Source: Candidatus Hermodarchaeota archaeon
GTDB taxonomy: Archaea; Asgardarchaeota; Lokiarchaeia; Sigyniarchaeales; SOKP01
Direction: 5' to 3'
Length of the DNA: 33,031 nt
Assembly (NCBI GenBank): GCA_048885925.1
Contig: JBHLLG010000029.1
Location: 1-33,031 of the forward strand
Shown here: piece by piece, positions 1-10,300 of the stretch
How positions within the stretch are numbered: position 1 is the stretch's first letter
How the letters are laid out: the number at the start of each line of letters is the position of its first letter
Made by a program: the position numbers and the translations under genes
The notes under the pieces: generated by a model
Databases searched by the model: none
Seen by the model: only the letters and a program-made list of their open reading frames with translations
What the model was told of the DNA's origin: nothing

Positions 1-942
1 GGACTAATTGAAGATAATACTTTAAAAATTAAAATATTGTTCAATATCGCATTAGCTTTAAAAAAGCAAGAAATAAAGTCTGAATTAGTTGTTGTATTTA
101 ATTTAATTATTGAAAAGATCTTAAATTTTCTCAATAAAGGTTATGAAAAGCGGAATTATAAAATATTAAAGGATATTTTATCAGCTTTTGCTGAAATTGA
201 AGGTCCAGCAAAAGCTAATTCAATTATTGAAAGCTTAGCGATACCCAAAGTAAAAGAAAAGGTAACTAAAGACTTATTTAATAAAATTTATATGATGGTT
301 GATGAAGTTCAAACAAAAATAGAATCTGAGTTAGTTTTCTCTCAATTCTTTGTATTAAATACATTTATTTCAAGTATTAATAATGATTTAAAGGAATTCA
401 GTTTAAATGGTGGAAATGTAAGCAATAATATTCTTGCAAATGATTTCAAATTCACTACGGCATTTTTATCATTATTCAGTTTTGATTTTACTATTTTTCC
501 CATATTAGATCGTGTTTATAACGATTTGAGATATTCATCAAACAAATCAATCGCCTATTATGTGTTTCCATCAAAAAAGAATTATAATATGGATGAATTA
601 AGAATACTGAATACTTCTTTAAGACAATTCTTTAAAAATCTCAACACGACTTCAAGACAAGTATCAATTTTCAATTTAGACTTCATTCCTTATTTAGGAA
701 AACCTACTGCTATTATTTCTCGTGAATCTGAATTAGATGATTCATTTTATTCGAAAATTAAAAAACTAGGAGATAGTATTAATCTTATCATAGACGACTC
801 ATTTTTCAAAGGTGGAAAAATCACTGATGATCTAAAACAAATATTTCCAGCAACAAAATATAGGATTATTAATTTAGTTCTCTCCTATGAATTCATCAAT
901 GATTATAACATCTTTAAATCATTTATTCAATCTTTACTATAA
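1..942 (+). CDS. Hypothetical protein, 5'-truncated by the window edge
   Basis: Frame 1 is open from base 1 (GGA CTA ATT...), so the TTG at 37 is probably not the true start. Stop TAA at 940-942. No recognisable motif. Confidence 0.7.
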   Translation, partial: GLIEDNTLKIKILFNIALALKKQEIKSELVVVFNLIIEKILNFLNKGYEKRNYKILKDILSAFAEIEGPAKANSIIESLAIPKVKEKVTKDLFNKIYMMVDEVQTKIESELVFSQFFVLNTFISSINNDLKEFSLNGGNVSNNILANDFKFTTAFLSLFSFDFTIFPILDRVYNDLRYSSNKSIAYYVFPSKKNYNMDELRILNTSLRQFFKNLNTTSRQVSIFNLDFIPYLGKPTAIISRESELDDSFYSKIKKLGDSINLIIDDSFFKGGKITDDLKQIFPATKYRIINLVLSYEFINDYNIFKSFIQSLL

Positions 943-1056
943 AAACAAGACAATAAACTTAAATTATAAAATTAGGATTTGTTATATATAGAGTAAGCTC
1001 AAAGAATATATTTTAAAATAATTAATGATCTAAATATATAAAAAGGGAAAACATCG

Positions 1057-2724
1057 ATGGCAAAAGACAAAAAAAAGAAAAAGGAGAAGAAGAAAAAGAA
1101 AGCAGATAAACGGGATGATACACTCTCACAATTATACGGCAAGAAAGGTAAGGGTGCTGCGATTGCGGCTGTTTCCATAGGTCAAAGTATTGATAGATCC
1201 GCTGATAAACTATTTTTAGGAACTGATTATCGAGAGATTCTTATCCCAGAAAGATCATGGGCTGAAATGCTTTCGGATACTGAGTATTGGACTCCTTTAC
1301 CATTTACACATGGTATTGAAATGGAACTAATTATAGCTGATGATAATGGTAATTATCCCCCTGGAGACGAAATGGTTTTTCGAATGAAAGAAATTGTAAA
1401 AGATGCAATTAAAATTATGGATGAGATCTTATATGAGGGGAGAAGTGATTTTCTGCCAGTACCAGACTATATTAGGCAAAAAGTCTTAGCTCGACCGTGG
1501 GGGCGAGATGATCTAGAAAAGGGATATGCAATGGATCTTAGATATCAATTGCCTAATGGCAATTACGTGGATATTGATACGTTTGCTAGAGATGGAAATG
1601 TTACAGCAATCACATATATTTTAGAGCTTGTAACCCCACCAGCAGAATATGTAGAGGAACTGGCATATTGGGCCTCAACTTTATTTCTATTAGCTAAAGC
1701 TACATTACCTAAAGACTTGCATATTATCGCTTCTGCTATAAATCCCGCAACAAGTGATTATATGCGAGGAGTTTCTCAAGCAGATCATAGTCATATTGGT
1801 AGCTTTGGATCAGAAATAGAAAAAATTCAAGCTTATTGTATGATACGAAACTTTATACCTCATATTATTGCACTCACATGTAATTCGCCTATATTAAACA
1901 ATAAACCAACAGACGTTGTAAAAATAATAAATAACAGAATTACTGCACCTAATTGCGTAAGATCGTTAAGATTAAAATTTAACACCACAATGTTAAGTGG
2001 GAATGATCCAGAACATTATATTCCTTATTTAACTGATCTTAGTGAAAACTCTGTAAATTATTTTCTAAATATTGTCCAAAAGGCAAGTCTTGAAGATGGA
2101 CGTTTCCAAGATGTCTTCCCCGTCACAGATTTTGGAACTATAGAGGTTAGAATTAGCGATGCACAGATATCAATTTGTCGCCGAATTGGAATTGCTCTTT
2201 TAATACAGACTCTATGCTATAAAGCGAGAAAATTGCTCCAACAAGGAGTTTGGGTTCCTGATGCGGGAAGTAACACTATAGCACCTAATCGTCAGAGTGC
2301 TATTGAACGTGGTTTAATTTCTTTATTTCGACCCGCTCCTGATCTTACTCGAGAAAAACTAGCTCAATACGATCCTGAGTTTGCAAAACAATATTTGGGA
2401 CCCTCTGATCGGCCAATACGCTATATGATGCAAGCAGTTCAGAGAATGTTTTTCTATTTAAAGGATGAATTAAAAGAGTTAGGTTTTTTATATTCTCCAT
2501 TTATGAAACCCATCTTACAATCTGTTTTTGGGAGTGTTTCTTATGCAGAGCCACCTATAACAGAAGCAGAATATCAACTTTCTCTTTATGATTATAAATT
2601 GAAAAACGGAGAAAACCCAAGCATTTTATATGATTTAATTTATTTTACCATTCAATATTGCCAGGATCCTTTAAATAACCCACTTACTGGGACTCTAACC
2701 CTTCCAAAAGAGATGAGAGAATAA
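1057..2724 (+). CDS. Glutamate--cysteine ligase family 2 (GCS2/YbdK-like) carboxylate-amine ligase with a Lys-rich N-terminal extension
   Basis: Motifs HGIEMEL, LELVTPP, HSHIG, PHIIALTCNSP and FGTIEVRISDAQ match the GCS2 signature pattern in order. Confidence 0.8.
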   Translation: MAKDKKKKKEKKKKKADKRDDTLSQLYGKKGKGAAIAAVSIGQSIDRSADKLFLGTDYREILIPERSWAEMLSDTEYWTPLPFTHGIEMELIIADDNGNYPPGDEMVFRMKEIVKDAIKIMDEILYEGRSDFLPVPDYIRQKVLARPWGRDDLEKGYAMDLRYQLPNGNYVDIDTFARDGNVTAITYILELVTPPAEYVEELAYWASTLFLLAKATLPKDLHIIASAINPATSDYMRGVSQADHSHIGSFGSEIEKIQAYCMIRNFIPHIIALTCNSPILNNKPTDVVKIINNRITAPNCVRSLRLKFNTTMLSGNDPEHYIPYLTDLSENSVNYFLNIVQKASLEDGRFQDVFPVTDFGTIEVRISDAQISICRRIGIALLIQTLCYKARKLLQQGVWVPDAGSNTIAPNRQSAIERGLISLFRPAPDLTREKLAQYDPEFAKQYLGPSDRPIRYMMQAVQRMFFYLKDELKELGFLYSPFMKPILQSVFGSVSYAEPPITEAEYQLSLYDYKLKNGENPSILYDLIYFTIQYCQDPLNNPLTGTLTLPKEMRE

Positions 2725-2811
2725 TTTCATTTGTTTACTTTTTACCTTTAGAAATTTAGTGAGGTAAAAATTAATAATAATATTTAAAGAGAAATGGTTG
2801 TTTAAATTCCC

Positions 2812-4107
2812 TCACCTTAAAATTAAGGTATAGAGCATTGTATATCCCAATATTATTAAGAAGTGAAGAGTAGCAAAAAGAGCACCATTTTTTAGCAAGC
2901 GTTTGTAATCTAAATTCACTACTTTATATTTTTTTGCTAAAGAGAGAGTGAGAAGATCACATGCTGAACCTTGTGGTAAAAAGTTACCCGCCATATTAAC
3001 GCCACTAATGAAGGCGATTATAATTGGATTAGGGAAAAAGCCTTGTCCTATTACTGCTGAAAAAATCGGGAGTAAAATAATTGTTACGGGAGTACCCGCT
3101 AGAAAAGCTGATAAGAGAGAAGAAATGCTTAGTGTGATTAATACAGCAAGATAAATGTTATTGTTCATTAGATTAACCAAACTTGTGGAGATCATTTCTG
3201 AAAAACCAAATCTAGCTAAAGAATTTGAAAGAATGAACAATATTGCGAATAAAATGATGATTCTCCACGAGATATCATTCTTAAGATCCGAGAAGTGAAT
3301 CTTGTTGGAATGAACAAGAAGTAGAATAGCTGCTGAAATGATAGCAACAAGAGCAGGTTCAAATCCTAAAAACATGATGATAAAAGTAGAAAGAATAATT
3401 ATTGAAGTCAAAAAAAAGTACTTTTTATCCTCAATTACAATTCCTGGGTCGAGAAATGACATTAGTATCTGTTTGTTTCTTTCAGTAGGTTTTTCCTCTT
3501 TTTTTAATATGAAATAATCCATTAAGAAAATAGTTGATACTAAGGTAAGTATAAATAGAATGCCCATATTGGAAAGATATTCACCAAAACCCCATCCGAA
3601 TTCCTTGGCGATAATTAAATTTTTTAAGCTGGAGATAGGTGTAAGTATTGCGCCGATATTTATCGTAATGGTCATTCCCATCATATAAGTACCAGCAGGT
3701 ATTTCTAAAATTCGGCATGTCCTGTAGATCAACGGCATTAATATTAATGAAAGTGTTAAATCCTCGATAAAGGCAACTATGATGGCAGTAAACAGACATA
3801 TCATATAGAAGAATAATCTATTATTCCCCTTCGTGATTCGGATTAACTTTATAGAAAGATATTCTAGAACACGGTCATTAGTTGCAAAATAGATGATAAT
3901 CTGCATAGCAAATATGAAAATTAAAGTGTCAAAATTAATAAATTCAAGAATTTCTCCCTCTGTAACATCAAAAAGCATGACCATCGAAACAACTGCGATG
4001 GTTCCTATGATTAAAGCAATAGGGAAATAATCGAACTTATCTTGAGAAAAAAAAGCCATCAAAATGGCAAATAAAATCAAGACTACTATTATTGCTGATA
4101 AGTTCAT
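2812..4107 (-). CDS. ArsB/NhaD/SLC13-type (ion transporter superfamily) anion permease
   Basis: 431 aa, highly hydrophobic with about 11-12 TM segments. Motifs NIGAILTPISSLKNLII and NMAGNFLPQGSACDL resemble the two IT-superfamily hairpins. Confidence 0.8.
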   Translation of the reverse strand: MNLSAIIVVLILFAILMAFFSQDKFDYFPIALIIGTIAVVSMVMLFDVTEGEILEFINFDTLIFIFAMQIIIYFATNDRVLEYLSIKLIRITKGNNRLFFYMICLFTAIIVAFIEDLTLSLILMPLIYRTCRILEIPAGTYMMGMTITINIGAILTPISSLKNLIIAKEFGWGFGEYLSNMGILFILTLVSTIFLMDYFILKKEEKPTERNKQILMSFLDPGIVIEDKKYFFLTSIIILSTFIIMFLGFEPALVAIISAAILLLVHSNKIHFSDLKNDISWRIIILFAILFILSNSLARFGFSEMISTSLVNLMNNNIYLAVLITLSISSLLSAFLAGTPVTIILLPIFSAVIGQGFFPNPIIIAFISGVNMAGNFLPQGSACDLLTLSLAKKYKVVNLDYKRLLKNGALFATLHFLIILGYTMLYTLILR

Positions 4108-4440
4108 TTAATTAACTGAAATGGTCTTTAAATTAAAAATTTTCTCTTAAATTAGGAAATTGAAAAAATTCTGGGAATAGAAATCTGATTATAATAGAAA
4201 AGTTTCAAAGTTTTTGATTTTAATTCGAGTGATATATAATTTAATATTTTTAGTTTTAATTTAATAAGACTCATTGTAAAGAAATTTAAGTCTTTTTTTT
4301 TTTTAATATTTTAAATAGCATAATTTGAAAATTATAATTAATTTAGAAAAAAGTATAAAGAACTATAATTTTCATTCAAAGCATTTCTTTGAAAAACTCA
4401 ATTATAATATAAATAATAAAAGAAGAAAAAGGAGATATCA

Positions 4441-5988
4441 GTGTTAACTGCAACAATAGAACAAGGCGGAAAAAAAAAAGTAGAGCATATAATAATTATC
4501 GATGCTCATTCACATCTTGGTCAAGATGTGGATGGAGCAACCATGATGAATCCATTGGCTCCAGGAGTAGGGACATTTGATTTCTGGGGTAATGTTCAAG
4601 GAAGAATCAAAGCTGATTGGGAAAAAACAGGAGAACAATCGTTTTCAACTAGAATTAATGGACTATCTACAAAAATTTCATGGTCTTTTACTCCATTTCC
4701 TTTTACAGACAAATTGTATTCCGAGCTAGAGACATTAGGAAAGCGCCATTCAGACTTAAAAGAAAAATCCAAGTTTTATTCATTTGTCGATCAAGGCGTT
4801 TGTTTTCCATTCCAAGATGTATTTCGAGATAAGTATTCTGAAGCATTATATAGAGCTAGTAATATAAACATTTCACGTTTTACAACTAGATTTCCTTTTT
4901 CTATGAAATTAATAGGATATGGTCGTTGCGACCCCATGGAAGGTCAAAAAGCCATCAATGAAGTAAAATATATAAGAGAAAATTTAGGACTAAGAGGTTT
5001 GAAATTACACCCTCGATCAGAAGGATATATAGATAAGATGACCTCTGAAAAAGTAATAAATGTTCTTATTGAAGCTGCGAGTTATTCTATGCCGATCATT
5101 TTTGATACAAGAGGAAGAGGATCAATTTTAGAGATAGGTAAATTAATTACATCTGCTAGAAATATAATTCAATCTAATTTTCCGGATATTTTACCCCACT
5201 TTAAAGTTGTGATTGCTCATTTTGCTCAAGGAAATATTGATGATTATGAAGTATATAATACAATAGTTCAGCCCAATACATATGGGGATCTTTCGATGTT
5301 ACATGGAGCAGGTGCAGGAAACTTTTTTGAAAGTTTTAGAAAATGGTTTCAGTCGAATAATAAGTTAAGGATGGATAACCGGACATGGTCGGAGTATCTC
5401 CTATTTGCTACGGATTATCCTTATTTTGGAGATGCTCATGCCCAAAAACTTCTTAAATATATTATTAATAAACAATTTTTTGATACGGGTGGAACGCTTG
5501 AAGATGTAAGAAATATACTCGGATTGAATCAAATAAAACTTTTACCTGAATATAGTGCATTTCAAAATCAGATAGCCTCAAGTTCGGTCCCAAGTATAAT
5601 TATTTCTAATCCTTCATTTCATCAAGATAAAAGAAGTACATATGAAACCTCTATCATGGCTTTAGCAAGACTAATTGTAGAAAATAAAATTGATATTAAA
5701 CGATTTTGTATACAATTCAAGGATTCATGGGATACTTTCAACGAAGATATTTTACTAACAATTGAATCTAATAATACTAAACAAGAAAGAAATTTATTAT
5801 TAATGAATTTAGTGAAGGATCAAATAGTTCTCTTTGCCCCCTTACTCTCTGGAATGGAATGGAAAAAATTTGGTTATAATTATTTTAATCCTGAAGACCG
5901 TGCATTTTTTGCTTCTGTATTTAAGCAAAACTATTTAGCCACTGATCTTCTTAAGACTGTTGAGACCTTTTCACATATTTACAATTAA
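4441..5988 (+). CDS. Amidohydrolase family (Amidohydro_2-like TIM barrel) protein with a C-terminal extension
   Basis: IIDAHSHLG, GLRGLKLHP, VVIAHF and LLFATDYPY metal-binding motifs. GTG start preceded by AGGAG. Confidence 0.85.
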   Translation: MLTATIEQGGKKKVEHIIIIDAHSHLGQDVDGATMMNPLAPGVGTFDFWGNVQGRIKADWEKTGEQSFSTRINGLSTKISWSFTPFPFTDKLYSELETLGKRHSDLKEKSKFYSFVDQGVCFPFQDVFRDKYSEALYRASNINISRFTTRFPFSMKLIGYGRCDPMEGQKAINEVKYIRENLGLRGLKLHPRSEGYIDKMTSEKVINVLIEAASYSMPIIFDTRGRGSILEIGKLITSARNIIQSNFPDILPHFKVVIAHFAQGNIDDYEVYNTIVQPNTYGDLSMLHGAGAGNFFESFRKWFQSNNKLRMDNRTWSEYLLFATDYPYFGDAHAQKLLKYIINKQFFDTGGTLEDVRNILGLNQIKLLPEYSAFQNQIASSSVPSIIISNPSFHQDKRSTYETSIMALARLIVENKIDIKRFCIQFKDSWDTFNEDILLTIESNNTKQERNLLLMNLVKDQIVLFAPLLSGMEWKKFGYNYFNPEDRAFFASVFKQNYLATDLLKTVETFSHIYN

Positions 5989-6105
5989 ATCTTCAACCTT
6001 CAAAACTTCTATACAATACTTTTTTTATAGTAATTAATATTAAAGTGAAAAACAATATTCTAAATAAGGAAGTATATAAAATAGTTATTTTTTTAGGTTT
6101 ATACC

Positions 6106-7152
6106 TTGCAAGGCATTGCTATTCTAAATCTTGATAAGAAATCAGAACTAACTATTGATATTGAGTATCCAGAAAATATCTGTGAAAATTTAGGCGTAAC
6201 TGAATCAATGTTAACAACTGTTTTTGAAGAACATAAAAAGATACGGACAGGACCTAATTATCTTGAAATGCAGATCAAACGTGACCTTAGTGTAGCCAGT
6301 TTTTTTACTGGTCATACTTCTAAACACTTTATTGGAAAGGGTGACCACGTCATTACAGTCTTTTTATCTGATGAAGATATGCTTCCTAGAAATTTTGAAG
6401 GTCAAGTAAGAAGAATAGCTTTTGAATTACTACCTAAAAGAAAAGAAAAAAAGTTTAAAGACTTATTTACTAAATCCTATGAATTTTTAGAGAAAGGTGA
6501 GCTTGATGTATATTGGCAAGAAAGACAAGAATATCAGGAAGAAATTGGAGAGAAAAAAGAACGAATTAACGATCTTGCTCAAAAAGTATCGATGTTAGTA
6601 TCTGATAGATCCGAACATCTTAGGAATGTTGAAGCTTTAAAAGTTGAAGTCTCAGAACTATATAAGAAGCTAGAAGGTTGGAGTTCCCAGATGGCTGATT
6701 TAAATGAATATAATGCTACATTAACCTCAAAAAATAGAGAATTATCAAGATTAGTAGATGTTCAAAAATTGGCATTAGAACAGAAAGATGAACGAATTAA
6801 CAAATTAAAATCTACAATTAATGATAGAAAGGAAATTGAAAACGGTGCAGTAAAACTTCTTGATCAAATAAAACAGATTAAAAAGGAAAATGAACTGTTA
6901 CATCAAGAAATAAACAACTTGAATGAAACAAATAAAAAATTGAAATTCGAAGAATTAAAAGCAAAAAGAGAAAGCGAATCAATCCCAGATTTAGAAAATG
7001 AAATAAAGCAATTAAAAAATAAGCTATTAGGCGCAACCAATGAAAAAGATAATATGAAACGAGAGATAATGGAATTAAAAAATGATATTGAACTAGTCCG
7101 TCAAGAGCGTGAAAAATATTATAAAATTATAAAGGAAAAAAATCTTCTTTAA
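6106..7152 (+). CDS. N-terminal longin/uDENN-like domain fused to a long C-terminal coiled coil
   Basis: The N-terminal ~130 aa aligns with 12566..13693 (G-I, YPE, H, N, V-S-[FY]-FTG). The C-terminal ~200 aa is E/K/L heptad-rich. TTG start with AGGT upstream. Confidence 0.6.
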   Translation: MQGIAILNLDKKSELTIDIEYPENICENLGVTESMLTTVFEEHKKIRTGPNYLEMQIKRDLSVASFFTGHTSKHFIGKGDHVITVFLSDEDMLPRNFEGQVRRIAFELLPKRKEKKFKDLFTKSYEFLEKGELDVYWQERQEYQEEIGEKKERINDLAQKVSMLVSDRSEHLRNVEALKVEVSELYKKLEGWSSQMADLNEYNATLTSKNRELSRLVDVQKLALEQKDERINKLKSTINDRKEIENGAVKLLDQIKQIKKENELLHQEINNLNETNKKLKFEELKAKRESESIPDLENEIKQLKNKLLGATNEKDNMKREIMELKNDIELVRQEREKYYKIIKEKNLL

Positions 7153-7177
7153 TTTATTTCATTATTAAAAAGACATT

Positions 7178-8125
7178 TTACCCTTTTTTAAAAAATTCAG
7201 CAAGAAAATCAAGATTCCACCTAAAGATTATACTTTTCCAAGACTGTAACTCTTTAGAAAAATCCTCTCTTTTTATTTGAGTTGGATCTTTACCCGCTTT
7301 TATCCTCTTTTTAACTAGATCGATTATCTCCTTAATATAATCACTTTCTAAGGCAAACTCCTTTTTAGAAGCTAAATTTCCATGCCCTGGTACAACAATT
7401 TCAAAATCAAGTGCCATTAATTCTTCAAGTATAGAAAGCCATCCTTCAGGGTCTCCCGATCCTAACCATGGATCGCGGTTTGCAAATAAAAGATCTCCAG
7501 CAAATAATAGTTTTTCATCAGGAAGATAAACTATAACATCCCCATCAGTATGAGCTTTCTTAAAAGTTCTTAAATGAACTAATTTATCCACCCCATATAT
7601 AACACATCCTTTATTGAACGTAAGATTCGGCTCTCTAAGTGATTCTATTGTACGAATACCTTTTAAGTATCTAATATCATTTTTTATATCTAAAATTTTA
7701 TACTCATCTTTTTCTGTTTTGAGTGATTCTTCCAATTCAGCTATTTTTTCAGGCTCAAAGTTTCTATACTCTTCAAATGATCTTTTACTCAAGTTTTTTA
7801 TGTTTGCTAAAGTTCGATCTGAGGTGAATATTTGAGTTGATTTATCAAATATAGAGTTTCCAACAATGTGGTCCATGTGATAATGAGTTATCACGATAAA
7901 ATTAGGCTCTTTTTGAGTATATTGCATTGATGCCAGTTTCAAATCTTCTGCAGCATTAGCATTTAAAGTTGTGTCAATAATAATTAAATAATCTCCAATA
8001 TCTATGAATCCTGCATTTGAACCCATCATTGAATCTTCCTTAGAAATAGCACCATAAGCACTTTCTGAAAGCTTATACAGATCGAAAAATTCTGACTCGA
8101 AATCTAATTTTTTTATCAATGACAT
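7178..8125 (-). CDS. Metallo-beta-lactamase-fold hydrolase (cyclase/glyoxalase II-like)
   Basis: THYHMDH, AHTDGD, LFAGDL and VPGHG motifs. Confidence 0.9.
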   Translation of the reverse strand: MSLIKKLDFESEFFDLYKLSESAYGAISKEDSMMGSNAGFIDIGDYLIIIDTTLNANAAEDLKLASMQYTQKEPNFIVITHYHMDHIVGNSIFDKSTQIFTSDRTLANIKNLSKRSFEEYRNFEPEKIAELEESLKTEKDEYKILDIKNDIRYLKGIRTIESLREPNLTFNKGCVIYGVDKLVHLRTFKKAHTDGDVIVYLPDEKLLFAGDLLFANRDPWLGSGDPEGWLSILEELMALDFEIVVPGHGNLASKKEFALESDYIKEIIDLVKKRIKAGKDPTQIKREDFSKELQSWKSIIFRWNLDFLAEFFKKG

Positions 8126-8315
8126 AAATTTACTGAAGTTATACCATTGATAAATTTTTTTGAATTTCTCTGAAAATTTTTTAAAATCAAGAATTTAGTT
8201 TCGACATTATGAATTTGAAGAATTAATCTTCTTTCTATGATTTAACTTTTAAGGATAAGAAATAATATATAAGATACATAAATTAAAATGAATTTATAAA
8301 AAAATCTTAAATCTC

Positions 8316-8789
8316 TTAATCAGGTGTAAGTTGGTCAAGATCTGATAAATCCAATCCACTGTCCATGACTTCCATAGTCTCTGAGAGAAATTCATCCAAA
8401 ATTTCTTTCAATTCATCTCCTGATCGTTTTAGAATTAACCTAATCAACCCAATGTTGATATCTGGGTCAGAGATTAGGGTCAATACTCCTTTAGGCCCAC
8501 ACGAAGACGCAAAGATTTTACCGCCGCTGAATTCTGATGTAACAATTTCAAGATTACCTAATTCTAAATTCTTACCCTGCTCTTCTGATGCGCAAAATAC
8601 AGCGCTTGCTATTGCACCAATCCCATCAACATCAGCAGGGAAATAAGAAAACTTCGAGACACTTGCGATTGTAAGTCCTGTTCTGTCAACCAAAATAACT
8701 TTTTTAATACCACTTTCACTCTTTATTATCTTGCTGAGAATATTATCGAAACTTTTAGTGTCAATACTTATTATTATACACCTTTTCAA
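8316..8789 (-). CDS. Roadblock/LC7 (MglB/LAMTOR-like) domain protein; true start possibly the ATA at 8771
   Basis: VILVDRTGLTIAS...IGAIASAVF...NIGLIRLILKR roadblock pattern with an acidic C-terminal tail. Confidence 0.88.
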   Translation of the reverse strand: MKRCIIISIDTKSFDNILSKIIKSESGIKKVILVDRTGLTIASVSKFSYFPADVDGIGAIASAVFCASEEQGKNLELGNLEIVTSEFSGGKIFASSCGPKGVLTLISDPDINIGLIRLILKRSGDELKEILDEFLSETMEVMDSGLDLSDLDQLTPD

Positions 8790-9131
8790 GAAATTTGATA
8801 TTTATTATAATTATATATTCTTCAATACTTAAAACTATTATAATTATTTGAATTTATAAAATTATCTTTTTAAAATCTTTCATGCGAATTATAGGAATTT
8901 GATTTTTTAAATCCAGATTTAAATGTTATGTATTAAAATCCTAATAATTTTAATGAAAGCTATTTTCCTTATATTAACAAAATGAAAAAATGAGTATATG
9001 TGAGATCAGAAGCGAAAATAGTGGAACAGCAGTTAGAAGTTCTCGAGGGAGATCGTAAAGAAGCAGTAATAGGAAAAAACGCAGACACAAGCAATTAATT
9101 CGGAATAAGGGAGTAATGAGGGTGTAATTTT

Positions 9132-9302
9132 ATGAGAGATGATATTGAAAAGAGGTTACATAGAGTTATGATAAAATTAAAAAAAAAAGATATTGTTTGT
9201 CCTTATGCAAAAGAGTGTATAAGCTCCGAAAGTAGTAATAGATGTAATCAATTTTATAATAAATGTTCACGGTTTACAGATTTTGTTTCAAATTCAATAT
9301 AA
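9132..9302 (+). CDS. Unannotated 56-aa Cys-rich small protein (C-x5-C-x8-C-x6-C)
   Basis: Manual translation: MRDDIEKRLHRVMIKLKKKDIVCPYAKECISSESSNRCNQFYNKCSRFTDFVSNSI*. GAGGGTG SD-like site upstream; ends 18 nt before the SDR start. Confidence 0.6.
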   Translation: MRDDIEKRLHRVMIKLKKKDIVCPYAKECISSESSNRCNQFYNKCSRFTDFVSNSI

Positions 9303-9320
9303 AGAAAGGGGTAATTAAAA

Positions 9321-10124
9321 ATGGATTTGGGTTTAAAAAATAAAGTAGTATTAGTTTTAGCATCAAGTAAGGGATTGGGATTTGCTTGTGCAAAAGGATT
9401 TTATGAAGAGGGTGCTAATGTAATAATATGCAGCCATTCCGAGGAAAATTTAAAAATTGCCAAGCAAAAACTTGAATCATCAAAATCGGGCAGCTCCAAT
9501 AATAGAGTCTTATCAATTTTCGCTGATTTAATGTATGAGAAAGATATAAAAAATCTTGTAGAAAAAACCATAGAAGAATTTAGCAGAATTGATATTTTAG
9601 TGCATAACGCTGGTGGTCCTCCTTCAGGACCAGTTGAGAAAATAACTCGGGAAGATTGGTCAAATTCGATTGATTTAAATCTTCTTTCTTTTATTCGGAT
9701 AACTGAGCTAATACTTCCTGTCATGAAAAAACAAAATGGAGGGAGAATTATTGCCATCACTTCTGTTTCTGTAAAACAACCTTTGAATAATTTGGTATTG
9801 TCAAATACAACTCGTTTAGGAGTTGTAGGTTATGCTAAAACACTTGCAAATGAGTATGGCAAGTATAATATTTTAGTAAATGTTGTGTGTCCTGGACCAA
9901 CTCTCACAGATCGCATGAAGGAATTAATCAATAAAACCGTACAAGACACAGGAAAATCACATAAAGATGTGGAGAAAACTTGGATGGATCCTATTCCAAT
10001 GGGACGATTAGGAAAACCAGAAGAATTAGCCAACTTAGTTGTGTTTTTAGCTTCCAAAATGGCAGGATATATTACAGGAACCGTAATACAAGTAGATGGT
10101 GGATTTATAAAAAGCCCTTTTTAA
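9321..10124 (+). CDS. Short-chain dehydrogenase/reductase (3-oxoacyl-ACP reductase-like)
   Basis: VLASSKGLG, NAGGP, NVVCPG, GRLGKPEE and YITGTVIQVDGG motifs. The catalytic YxxxK is replaced by SNTTR, as in a known atypical SDR subgroup. Confidence 0.92.
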   Translation: MDLGLKNKVVLVLASSKGLGFACAKGFYEEGANVIICSHSEENLKIAKQKLESSKSGSSNNRVLSIFADLMYEKDIKNLVEKTIEEFSRIDILVHNAGGPPSGPVEKITREDWSNSIDLNLLSFIRITELILPVMKKQNGGRIIAITSVSVKQPLNNLVLSNTTRLGVVGYAKTLANEYGKYNILVNVVCPGPTLTDRMKELINKTVQDTGKSHKDVEKTWMDPIPMGRLGKPEELANLVVFLASKMAGYITGTVIQVDGGFIKSPF

Positions 10125-10300
10125 GAGTAATATTTCTTTTCGATATCACGTAAATATTTAAGAATTTTAAATAAATAAATACAAATAAACATTTTTATAT
10201 TCCGTATTTATATTAGAATCATAATCTATTATATCTAAAACCTATACTTAAACATAACAAATTTAAAAGTCAATATTTACCCAAAGAAGATGATTAAAAA

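Noticed and set aside
2948-3799. ORFs 2948..3154 and 3581..3799
   Set aside because: Antisense or alternate-frame shadows within the permease gene.
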